From an uncultured Trueperaceae bacterium (GTDB lineage Bacteria > Deinococcota > Deinococci > Deinococcales > Trueperaceae): DNA of 64,000 bases. The notes beneath the pieces were generated by a model. The model saw nothing but the letters and a program-made list of their open reading frames with translations. It had not been told where the DNA came from and did not search any database. Each line of letters opens with the position of its first letter. Positions within the stretch are counted from its first letter, which is position 1. This document shows positions 10,931-20,060 of the stretch, one piece after another. Location: contig CAWCXJ010000007.1 in the NCBI GenBank assembly GCA_963799485.1, forward strand, positions 64,001 to 128,000, given 5' to 3'. The translations under genes and the position numbers were made by a program.

Positions 10931-11944
10931 CTATTGGTCAAAGGCGAACTGCACCTTCAGCCGCTTGGGGTCGCGTTCAGCGAGTTGCAAACCCCGCTCG
11001 AAGTCGCGGATGGGCAGCGTGTGCGAGATAAGCGGCGCTAACGTGAGCGCGCCCCCGCGCACGAGTGAAATTGCCTCGTGAAAGGTTTTGTTCAGCGCAA
11101 ACGAACCGATAATCTTGAGGTCTTTGCGGAACACTTCAAAGGGCGAAAACGGTACCCTGGCCTCACCTGCCGCCACGCCGAAAACCCAGATTTTGCCGCC
11201 CGGTTTGACGTATTCAAACGTTCCTTCGATGACTTTCGGGACGCCCGTGGCGTCGGCTACCACGTCGAAACCGTAAGGGGCAACGTCTTTAAGTGCTTCC
11301 GGGGTAAGAGCGTCGGCCTGAACGGTCGTTGCGCCGAGGCTTGCGGCAAGCTCGAGCCGCCACGGTTCTTTATCGACGATAACCACCGACGCGGCTCCGG
11401 CGCGCAGCACCGCTTGCAACATCAGCATCCCCATCGGGCCGGCCCCGAAGATCAGCATGGTGTCACCGGCTTGGAGCTGCACCTGTTTAAGCCCCCAGAC
11501 CACGCAGGCGAGAGGCTCCAAAAGCGCCGCCTCGGCAAAAGACAGGTCGCCGATACCGTAAACTGCACTTTCCGGCACCGCCACATAACGCGAAAACGCG
11601 CCGCTCCGGGTGACGCCGACGACCTCCAGGTTCAAGCACTGATTAAACTGCCGCTGCTGGCAAAAGACGCAGCTGTAACAAGGCAGGTTCGGGTCGGCGG
11701 TGACGCGCGCGCCGACCTGAAAGTTTTGCACCTGCTCGCCGACGGCGACGACGACGCCGCTAAACTCGTGCCCCGGTACGACCGGGTACGCGGCGAGCGC
11801 GTAAGAACCGTGCCAGATGTGCAGGTCGGTGCCGCAAATCCCGGCGTTTTGCACCTCGATCAGCACGTCGCGCGGGCCAAGGCCCGGTTCAGCGGTTTCT
11901 AGCACGTCGGACGTAAGCGGTGAACTAATCTGCGCCGCAATCAT
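10931..11944 (-). CDS. Zn-dependent polyol dehydrogenase (sorbitol/arabitol-type MDR)
   Basis: GICGTDLH, PGHEFSG, CYSCVFC..C; ATG overlaps the upstream stop (ATGA). Confidence 0.88.
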   Translation of the reverse strand: MIAAQISSPLTSDVLETAEPGLGPRDVLIEVQNAGICGTDLHIWHGSYALAAYPVVPGHEFSGVVVAVGEQVQNFQVGARVTADPNLPCYSCVFCQQRQFNQCLNLEVVGVTRSGAFSRYVAVPESAVYGIGDLSFAEAALLEPLACVVWGLKQVQLQAGDTMLIFGAGPMGMLMLQAVLRAGAASVVIVDKEPWRLELAASLGATTVQADALTPEALKDVAPYGFDVVADATGVPKVIEGTFEYVKPGGKIWVFGVAAGEARVPFSPFEVFRKDLKIIGSFALNKTFHEAISLVRGGALTLAPLISHTLPIRDFERGLQLAERDPKRLKVQFAFDQ

Positions 11945-12771
11945 TTGATGGCCCCCATCGTCAGGCCGGTGACGAGCTGCCGCTGCGCGACCCAACCCGC
12001 AATCAAGACCGGAATTACGGCGGCGGTCGCCGCCGCCGACATCTTGGCGATAAACAGGTTGCCCTGCGCGGCCTTAAAGGTTGACACGTAAACGGATAAG
12101 GGCGACGCGTCGCGCGAGGTCAGGTTGACGGCTAAAAAGAACTCGTTCCAGGTGAAAATCATCGCCAAGAGTGAGGTTGCGGCGAGGCCGGGGATTAAGA
12201 GCGGCATAATCACGCGCATGAACTCTTGCCACAAGTTCGCGCCGTCAAGCCGTGCCGCTTCGATGACCTCGTAGGGAACCTCGAGCATAAACGAACGCAT
12301 CATCCACACCACCAGCGGAAAGTTCATCCCGGCGTAAAGGATAATCAGGCCCAAGTACGTATCGAGCAGGTTGAGCCGTAAAAACAGCACGTAGAGCGGG
12401 ACGATGACCCCGGCAGGCGGCAGCATCCGCGTCGACATCATCCATAAAAGCGACGAATCGGTGCGTTTGGTCTGATAAAAGGCCATCGCATACGCAGTCG
12501 GAACACCTAAGAGGAGCGACAGTAAGATGGCAAAAAAGGTGATGATAACGGTGTTTTGCAGGTATTCCAAAAAGGGTGAATTGAACAAGGCGACGCGCCA
12601 GTTTGCGAGCGTCGGTTCAAAGAAAAACTGGGGCGGAAAGGTAATCGCCATCTGCTCGGTCTTAAACGAGGTCATCACCATCCACAAGATGGGAAAAAAC
12701 ATGGCGAACGCCAAGAGCAGCGTAAAAATCGACAGCAGCGTGCCGCCGAGTTTGGAGTTTCCGGGTCTCAT
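11941..12771 (-). CDS. Polyol ABC permease (SmoG/MalG-like)
   Basis: STRMLPP, IEAARLDGA, FTWNEFF, LVTGLTMGAIK. Confidence 0.9.
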   Translation of the reverse strand: MRPGNSKLGGTLLSIFTLLLAFAMFFPILWMVMTSFKTEQMAITFPPQFFFEPTLANWRVALFNSPFLEYLQNTVIITFFAILLSLLLGVPTAYAMAFYQTKRTDSSLLWMMSTRMLPPAGVIVPLYVLFLRLNLLDTYLGLIILYAGMNFPLVVWMMRSFMLEVPYEVIEAARLDGANLWQEFMRVIMPLLIPGLAATSLLAMIFTWNEFFLAVNLTSRDASPLSVYVSTFKAAQGNLFIAKMSAAATAAVIPVLIAGWVAQRQLVTGLTMGAIK

Positions 12772-13703
12772 AAGGTCACCTCGCCAGAGTTGGAGTTACG
12801 GCGCAGCACGCGCAAAAACAAGACGATGACGATGTTCGCCAAAATCACCGCAAAAATCCCGTAGGCGCTCGCGCGCCCGACGTTTTGCCGGGAAAAAGCC
12901 TCGAGAAAAATCTGGTAGGGCAGGTTCGTCGTCTGAATCCCCGGCCCGCCTGCGGTCGTCACGAAGATGGTACCGAACTCACTCAAGATAAAGATGGTTT
13001 CTAGCAGCAGCGCGATTTCAACGAATTGCCGCAGGTGCGGCAAGATGATGTGGCGAAACATGGTAAAGCCGCTTGCCCCGTCGATGCGGGCCGCCTCGGT
13101 CGTCGAGTCGGGCAAGGACTGGAGTCCGGCGAGCAAGATGAGCATCACAAAAGGTATCCACTGCCACGATACAATACCGATAACGGTCGCCATCGGAAAC
13201 GCCTCGAGCGCGTAAAAGTTGCGAATCCCCAAAAGACCCAGGTAGTACGAAAAAAAGCCGAAAGAAGGGTCTAGCATCACGTTTTTCCACAGCACCGCCG
13301 CAGCTACGGGCATCATCAAAAAGGGCGAGATGAGAAGCGTCCGGGCCAGCGCGCGCCCCGGGAAGGGGCGGTTTAAGAGGAGCGCGAACGCGAGCCCGCC
13401 GACGAAAGTAATGACCACGACCGCGACCGTCAGGACGACCGTGTTGATAATGACAGTTAAAAAGTCCGGGTTGGTCAGGATGCGCGAGTAATTGCGCCAC
13501 ATCCGGTCCCAACCGATAAAACCGGCTGAGTCGGGGCGCAAGAGGTTCCAGTTGGTAAACGAAAACCAGATGGCCAGTACAAAGGGAACCTGGGTGACGA
13601 TCACGAGAAACAGGAGTCCGGGAGCGGATAAGAACTTGCGCCGTTCGCCGGTCGGTTTTGTGCTTACGGCGGGTTCATCGGGGGTCATGGCTTGGGTTGC
13701 CAC
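12768..13703 (-). CDS. Polyol ABC permease (SmoF/MalF-like)
   Basis: ISPFLMMPVAAAVLWKN, WQWIPF, EAARIDGA, TAGGPG. Confidence 0.9.
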   Translation of the reverse strand: MATQAMTPDEPAVSTKPTGERRKFLSAPGLLFLVIVTQVPFVLAIWFSFTNWNLLRPDSAGFIGWDRMWRNYSRILTNPDFLTVIINTVVLTVAVVVITFVGGLAFALLLNRPFPGRALARTLLISPFLMMPVAAAVLWKNVMLDPSFGFFSYYLGLLGIRNFYALEAFPMATVIGIVSWQWIPFVMLILLAGLQSLPDSTTEAARIDGASGFTMFRHIILPHLRQFVEIALLLETIFILSEFGTIFVTTAGGPGIQTTNLPYQIFLEAFSRQNVGRASAYGIFAVILANIVIVLFLRVLRRNSNSGEVTL

Positions 13704-13862
13704 AGCTGCCTCCTCGAGTTACAGCGTTGGGTTGTGCAGGTTTTACGGGATGCGCGTACAAACGTGTTGGTTGATTTTACGGTGGTTAAACTTCGCTTTT
13801 TAGCGGTAAGGCTCGAGTCGATTTTTCAACCATCAACTGCAAACGGTTAAGCGTAGAAATTA

Positions 13863-13890
13863 AAGGGTGAGGTTTATGTACCCCACCCCT
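13863..13890 (-). terminator. Stem-loop after the binding-protein gene (attenuator or mRNA stabiliser)
   Basis: Minus strand GGGTGGGGT-loop-ACCTCACCC then TTTAATTT. Confidence 0.5.
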
Positions 13891-13920
13891 GCTGCCTAGA
13901 CGCGTGGGCTAAAGCCGGGT

Positions 13921-15235
13921 TTAGTAATAACCGGCGTCTATCATCGCGTTGTCGGCGATGTCCTGCGCACGGGCGAGGCCGGCGTCGACGCTCGTCCCAC
14001 CCGAGAGAATTTCGGAGACAATCTGCGCGACGTCGTTACCGATGCCCTGAAACTCGGGAATCTGTACGAACTGGACGCCGGGGGCGATCTGCGGCTGTGC
14101 GGTGGCGTCGTTCGGGTTGGCGCTTTCAATCGATTGCAGAACTAACGGCGCAAAGGGAGCGGCTTCGGTGTACTGCGGGTTTTCGTAGGTCGAGGTGCGG
14201 GTGCCGGGAGGAACAGCAGGCCCAGCCTTTATTTTCAGCGACAAGGTTGACGTACTCTTTCGAGGTCGCCCAGGTGATGAACTTGAAGGCGGCTTCTTGG
14301 GATTGGCTCGAGCTGGGAATCCCCAAGTTCCACGACCAGAGCCAGGCGTTGCCCTTGTCGACCGGGCCGACCGGCGCGAGCGCATAGGCCATGTTGGGGC
14401 CTTCGTCGGTTCCGGCTAAAAAGCCTGCGGCGACGGTCGCGTCGACCCACATCGCGGCCTGACCCGTAGACATGAGCTGCAGCGCTTCGGGGAAGCTGAT
14501 ACCGGTGACGCCGGGCGCGCCGCACTCGTTGACGAGATTTGCGTAAAAAGTAATCGCGTCTTTCCACGCCTGCGAGTCAAGCTGCGGGACGCCCTCGGCG
14601 TTAAACCACTGTCCGCCAAAGGTATTGACGACGGTGGTAATCGGGGCCATGTTGTCACCCCAACCGGGTTTACCGCGCAAGACGATGCCCGCGACGTTGT
14701 TTTGCGGGTCGTTAAGCTGGCAGGCAAATTCTTGAATCTGCTCCCAGGTGGGTTGTTCGGGCATCGTCAGACCGGCCTCGTCGAAAAGCCTTTTGTTGTA
14801 CATGGTAAAGCTCGACTCGGCGTAAAAGGGCAGCGCGTAGAGTTCGTCGTTGTACGAGTTGATCGCAGTGATGGCCGGGAGCAGGTCTTCGCGGTCGTAA
14901 CCCTCGGCGGCGGCGGGAAACTGCTCGGTCAGCGAGTCTATCGAAACGATCCAGTCGTTCGCGGCCCACAGCGGGGTTTCGTAGGCACCTACGGTAACAA
15001 CATCGAACGACCCTGAACCGGTTGCTACGTCGGTCGTCAGGCGGCTGCGAAGCGTGCCTTCGTCTAGAAAGAGCCACTCGAGCTTGATATCGGGGTTTTG
15101 CTGTTCGAAGGTCGTCGAAAGTTCTTGCATCGTGACCATGTCGGGGTTGTTGACCGAGGCAATCGTCAGCGTGGTCTGGGCCGAAGCTGCGGCGGCAAAG
15201 AGAAGTGCGGCGGTTCCTAAAACGAGTTTGTTCAT
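13921..15235 (-). pseudogene. Sorbitol/mannitol-type ABC substrate-binding protein (SmoE-like) with a +1 frameshift near 14218-14220
   Basis: TIASVNNPDM, LPFYAESS, LRGKPGWGDNMA, WVDATVAAG in one frame; the expected GWAAVPPGTRTSTY reads TGG GCC T GCT GTT and continues in another frame to 13921. Confidence 0.8.
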
Positions 15236-15374
15236 CCATATCTCCTAGGACGTGCATGAGGGGCGTAAAACGACCTGAGCGTAACGACCTGAATGTGCAG
15301 TGGTCTTGCGACCGCCCTCCTTCCGAATTAGCGAACATCCAGCAGTATAAGCTGTCAGCGCTCGCTTTTCTACG

Positions 15375-15421
15375 ATGGTCTCGTGACCATTACTGTAGTA
15401 CAGCCTGTATAGACTTGTCAA
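15375..15421 (-). promoter_or_regulatory. Promoter TTGACA-18bp-TACAGT with operator ATGGTCTCGTGACCAT (15375-15390) over the start site
   Basis: Consensus -35 (15416-15421); palindrome with central CG; degenerate second copy at 15300-15315. Confidence 0.65.
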
Positions 15422-15491
15422 GTGTGTATAGCCTTATGAATATATTTACCAAACAGTTTCACTCATGATGCACGTCTGCTATAGTGGCCCC

Positions 15492-16505
15492 GTGGCCAAT
15501 ATCATCGACGTCGCGCGGCGTGCGGGCGTTTCATCCACCACGGCAAAACGTGCAATTCGTTCACCCGAACTGCTGGCACCCGAAACGCTGGCGCGCGTTC
15601 AACGCGCCGTCGCCGAACTCGGTTATGAACCCGATCAGGTCGCGGCGACGCTCCGGCGTGGGCAGAGCCGGACGGTCGGGCTGATCGTCGGCAACATCGT
15701 CGAGCCGTTTTTCGCCGGGTTGACGCGAACCGTTGGCAAGGCGCTCCGTGACGAGGGTTATACGCTGCTCGTTGCCGACAACGAGTACGATGTGGTCAAC
15801 GAGTTAGAGCAACTTAAAGCGTTTGCCGGCCTCCGCATCGCCGGACTTATCCTCCGTTCGGGTTACGGGACGCCGAATCTGGCGTATCTTCGCCGGATGC
15901 AGGCGCGCGGCACCGCAGTCGTCGAAATCGACTATATCTTTCCGGAAAGCCCCTTTAGCCATGTGATGCTCGACAACGAAGGGTGTGTTCGTACCGGGGT
16001 GGCGTATCTGGCAGCGCTCGGTCACAAACGTATCGCACCGCTCGGCAGCTTTCACAAAACGATTTTGCCCGATGAACGCACCCTCGCGTTTCCCAAGATG
16101 ATGGGGGAGTTGGGGCTCTCGGTGCCCTCTGAATATCAGCGGGTGATTCACCCGACCTCCCACAACGCTTACCGGCTTACCAAAGAGCTGATGGGGCTCT
16201 CCGAACCACCGACCGCGCTTTTTTCAACGACCGGCAACCTGGCGCTCGGCGCGTTTCGCGCACTTAAAGAGTTGGGTTTGCAGATTCCGCACGACGTGTC
16301 GCTGCTGAGTTTCGACGATTACCCCTGGACGCAAGTGGTAGACCCCCCGCTGGACGTTATCGCACAGCCGGTCGAGGCGATGGGCGAGGCGGCGGCGAGG
16401 TTTGTAGTGCAAGAAATCAAGAATCCCGGACGTCCACCCGAACGGCTGCGCCTGAGTGGAACGCTGATTCGGCGGGGGAGCTGCATAAGGCTGCCTGGGT
16501 CGTAA
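15492..16505 (+). CDS. LacI-family regulator (probably leaderless)
   Basis: ANIIDVARRAGVS HTH; TATAGT + 6 nt + GTG. Confidence 0.92.
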   Translation: MANIIDVARRAGVSSTTAKRAIRSPELLAPETLARVQRAVAELGYEPDQVAATLRRGQSRTVGLIVGNIVEPFFAGLTRTVGKALRDEGYTLLVADNEYDVVNELEQLKAFAGLRIAGLILRSGYGTPNLAYLRRMQARGTAVVEIDYIFPESPFSHVMLDNEGCVRTGVAYLAALGHKRIAPLGSFHKTILPDERTLAFPKMMGELGLSVPSEYQRVIHPTSHNAYRLTKELMGLSEPPTALFSTTGNLALGAFRALKELGLQIPHDVSLLSFDDYPWTQVVDPPLDVIAQPVEAMGEAAARFVVQEIKNPGRPPERLRLSGTLIRRGSCIRLPGS

Positions 16506-16772
16506 ACGCTGCGCCTTGTAGCCTTTTTCGCCAAGCAGGTAGGCGATTGCAGGTGTGCGAACAGGGTCGGCTCCAAACCAACAGCCCGCACTGGACAAGA
16601 CTGTCCCCGAAGCGTCGGCAGGAGCGTTTGACATCTATCGCCTCGAGCGCTGCGTATCTATACGGCTGATTCGGTAGCCCCTATCTGAGCCGTCATCTGT
16701 CAACGGCCTTAGAACCCTGAAAAGGCGAGACGAACACTGTTTAGACCTTATACCGCTTATGCTTCATTTATC

Positions 16773-18050
16773 ATGACCGATACACGCCACGCTTCACAAG
16801 CCTCCTCACACGCCACGAAACAACCTGCAGCGCACGCCGCCGGTTGCCCGTTCCATCACCCTGAAGGTGTGTCTGAACGTAAAAGCAGCCGCCCCGGAGA
16901 ATCACTAACCCCCGCCTACGAAGTGACGCAGAGCGCTAAAGGCGAACGCTGGACGGTACGCTCGTTTGCGCTGGTCAGGACCATTTTGCGCGACCCCGAA
17001 GCGACCAAACAAGCCGGTTTCGGCGCGGAGGTCACGGCGCAGGCGACGAGCAAGATGCGTCCGCCAATTTTGTATCTGGAAGGCCCCGAACACAAATCAC
17101 AACGTACCGCGACCGCCCGCTTTTTTACGCCGCAAACCGTCAGCAAAAGCTACCGCGAGATGATGGAAGCGCTGGCCGACGAGCTGATAGACACGCTCAA
17201 ACGCCGTAAAAGTGCCGACCTGAGCCAGCTCAGTATGCGCCTTGCGACGCGAGTTGCGGCCCAAGTTGTCGGTCTGACAAACTCGTCGATTACGGGAATG
17301 AGCGGTCGCCTCAACACGTTTTTCGAGGGCGACCCGACCGAGTTTTCGTGGCGGCCCGATAAACTCTGGCGCTTCGTTCAGACGCAGAGCGCGCTGTTCC
17401 GCTTTTTTTACCAGGATGTCAAGCCAGCCATCCGCGCACGCCGTAAAAAGCCGGGTGAGGACGTCATCAGTCACCTGCTCGGCAAGGGCTACACCGATTT
17501 TGAAATCCTGACCGAATGCGTGACCTACGCCGCCGCCGGGATGGTGACGACCCGCGAGTTTATCGTGATGGCGTCGTGGCACCTGCTCGAAAACGATACT
17601 TTACGGGAGACTTACGTGAACGCCGACGAAGGGGAGCGGCAGAACATCCTGCAGGAGATTTTACGGCTCGAGCCCGTTGTCGGACATCTCTACCGCCGCG
17701 CTGCCAAGACGCTGACGTTAGAGCATGAGGGCAAAACGTTTACGATTCCGGCGGGCGCACTGATCGACCTCGATGTGCGGGCTGCCAACGCCGACGCGCA
17801 AACCGTCGGTGAAGAACCCTTGCAGCTCTGCCCCGCTCGGCCTTTAGAGCGCGGCGTTCAGGGCGCAGTCATGAGTTTCGGCGACGGCCACCACCGCTGC
17901 CCCGGCGCGTACATCGCCCTGCAAGAGAGCGACATCTTTTTGACCCGGTTATTCAAGCTCCCGCTTACGGCTGAACGAGCGCCGAAACTCGAGTGGAACG
18001 AACTCGTGACCGGCTACGAGTTGGGCGGCTTGGTCGTTCGGACAGCCTAG
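16773..18050 (+). CDS. Cytochrome P450
   Basis: ExxR (EILR), heme motif FGDGHHRCPG, I-helix AAAGMVTT. Confidence 0.93.
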   Translation: MTDTRHASQASSHATKQPAAHAAGCPFHHPEGVSERKSSRPGESLTPAYEVTQSAKGERWTVRSFALVRTILRDPEATKQAGFGAEVTAQATSKMRPPILYLEGPEHKSQRTATARFFTPQTVSKSYREMMEALADELIDTLKRRKSADLSQLSMRLATRVAAQVVGLTNSSITGMSGRLNTFFEGDPTEFSWRPDKLWRFVQTQSALFRFFYQDVKPAIRARRKKPGEDVISHLLGKGYTDFEILTECVTYAAAGMVTTREFIVMASWHLLENDTLRETYVNADEGERQNILQEILRLEPVVGHLYRRAAKTLTLEHEGKTFTIPAGALIDLDVRAANADAQTVGEEPLQLCPARPLERGVQGAVMSFGDGHHRCPGAYIALQESDIFLTRLFKLPLTAERAPKLEWNELVTGYELGGLVVRTA

Positions 18051-18469
18051 TCCGTCCCGCCGTCTTGCCAACCCACCTTGCTGTGGGTTCCGTCGCAAAA
18101 GGGTTTGTTGCTGCTCTGACCACAGCGGCAGAGGGCGGCCCTCGTTTCTTGCAGTTCACCTTCCGGTGTCTCGATACTTAGTCTCCCCCGGATGACAAGC
18201 GGCCCGTCCGGTTGCGGGGTTATCTGCGTCGTCTCGTCGCCGGTTTCTTCCTGGCCTGAAAGCGCGTAGTGGAGCGCCCCGGTCGGGCAGCGGCGCACCA
18301 CTTCGGCAACCTTTTCGGCGGCGGCGTGGTCGGGTTGAATCCACGGACGCTTATCGGTATCGAACACTTCCGGCAGGCCGCGCACACACTCAGCGACGTG
18401 CAGACAGCGCCGCGCCGCAAAGAAGACGGTAATATCTTCGCCTTTATACGCTTTTCCGGGCGCGCTCAC
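18047..18469 (-). CDS. Divergent 4Fe-4S (YjdI/Fer4_19-like) plus CDGSH iron-sulfur domain protein
   Basis: CLHVAECVRGLPEVF..RPWI..CPTGAL; LCRCGQSSNKPFCDGTH. Confidence 0.88.
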   Translation of the reverse strand: MSAPGKAYKGEDITVFFAARRCLHVAECVRGLPEVFDTDKRPWIQPDHAAAEKVAEVVRRCPTGALHYALSGQEETGDETTQITPQPDGPLVIRGRLSIETPEGELQETRAALCRCGQSSNKPFCDGTHSKVGWQDGGTD

Positions 18470-18792
18470 GCTTCACGCTCGAACTGGCGGCGGCTCACCG
18501 GGCTCAAAAGGTCTTGATAGTCTTTATGACGACGCATAAAAGCGGCAACGAAGGGGCAGAGCGGGATAACAGTAAGCCCCTGCGCCCGCACGTCGTCGAG
18601 CGCCCCGCGTGCGAGGGCGCTGCCGACCCCTTGCCCCTCTAAAGCTTCCGGCACTTCCGTGTGCGTAAACATCACGGCGTTGGCAAGGCGGTTGTATTCG
18701 GACACGGCGAGCTGTCCGTCCACCGTGAGTTCATAACGGGTACGGTCGTCGTTGCGTCTGACCTGGCTAGAATCAACGTCTGGCATGTTCAA
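18466..18792 (-). CDS. Small GNAT acetyltransferase (YjdJ-like)
   Basis: [25 protein letters not shown]. Confidence 0.88.
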   Translation of the reverse strand: MNMPDVDSSQVRRNDDRTRYELTVDGQLAVSEYNRLANAVMFTHTEVPEALEGQGVGSALARGALDDVRAQGLTVIPLCPFVAAFMRRHKDYQDLLSPVSRRQFEREA

Positions 18793-19723
18793 CCTCCAGA
18801 GGTTTCAAGTTCGCTTCGATGTCGGCGCGGCGGCCCTCTAAAAAAGGCGGCAGCGAAAGTTTCTCCCCGAGTGACCCTAACGGTTCATCCGCCGTAAAAC
18901 CGGGGCCGTCGGTGGCGAGCTCGAGCAGTACCCCGTTCGGTTCGCGGTAGTAGATGCTCCGAAAATAGTAACGTTCGACCTCGCCGCTCGTCGCTAGGCC
19001 AAGATTTTTTAGGTGCTCGTCCCACGCGTGAACATCCTCGTCACGAATCCGAAAAGCGACGTGATGTACCCCGCCGGCACCGGGCCGGTGCGGGGGCAAC
19101 GACGCGTTGACCAGAAGCTGCACTTCGCCTTGCGGCCCGGGAGCGTTCATCGTAAAGACGTGCGTTTCGCCGTCCGGCCCCGAATACGTCCGCACCTTTT
19201 CCATACCGTAAGCCCGCTCTAAAATCTGACCGGTCGGAAACAGCCCCGGTACGGTAAGCGTCACCGGCCCCAATCCCATAATCTGGTGTTCCGGCGAGAC
19301 CGTGTTGTCAACCGGATGGGCTGAAACGCCGTCCGTTTCAACCAGACTGAGACGTTGCCCTTCAGGGTCTTCAAAGTCGAGTATCGTGCGCCCGTCGCGC
19401 GAAGCAGGCGTCACTTTAATCCCCTGCTCTTTGAGGCGGTCCGTCCACCACGCTGCGCTACCTTTTGGAATACGAAGACCGGTGCGGGTGACGCTGTTAT
19501 TGCCGCGCCGCTCCCGCGCAGCAGGCCAGTCGAAAAAGGTGATATCGCTGCCGGGGCTGCCCGCGCCGTCGGCATAAAACAGGTGATAGGCGCGCACGTC
19601 GTCTTGGTTGACGGTCTTTTTAACCAGCCGTAAACCGAGAACTCTGGTGTAAAAGGCAACGTTTTCGGCAGCGCACGCAGTAACGGCGGTGAGATGGTGG
19701 ATTCCGTGGACACGTAAGCTCAT
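18773..19723 (-). CDS. Ring-cleaving dioxygenase/glyoxalase (MhqO/PcpA-like)
   Basis: [54 protein letters not shown]. Confidence 0.92.
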   Translation of the reverse strand: MSLRVHGIHHLTAVTACAAENVAFYTRVLGLRLVKKTVNQDDVRAYHLFYADGAGSPGSDITFFDWPAARERRGNNSVTRTGLRIPKGSAAWWTDRLKEQGIKVTPASRDGRTILDFEDPEGQRLSLVETDGVSAHPVDNTVSPEHQIMGLGPVTLTVPGLFPTGQILERAYGMEKVRTYSGPDGETHVFTMNAPGPQGEVQLLVNASLPPHRPGAGGVHHVAFRIRDEDVHAWDEHLKNLGLATSGEVERYYFRSIYYREPNGVLLELATDGPGFTADEPLGSLGEKLSLPPFLEGRRADIEANLKPLEVEHARR

Positions 19724-20060
19724 AGAGCCTCCTCAACTAAGCTTAGAGTAGTACATATTATGTAGTGAAAACGTAGTCCAAAGAGCAAGTCGGTTTTACG
19801 CTACCTTGCGCCAAGGCTTGAGATGATGCCCGGATCAACCTCCTGAGAAAATATGGATAGTCACAACCTATACCGTAAACAGCTACGACGAACCGCTGCT
19901 ATTCTTGAAAATGTCCGGCAACCGTACCGCAAGGCAGGAATTCGGAGGCTTTTTTGGCTTATGGTAAAAAGATGAATTTTTACCGTGGGTTATGGTCTCC
20001 ATACGCTAAGGCTGCCCCAAGTCAGCGCGCGAGGTCTGAGTTACATTGGCTCGAGACACA

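Noticed and set aside
16224..16634. 136-aa minus ORF overlapping the LacI 3' end
   Set aside because: No recognisable motif, and mostly antisense to a real gene.
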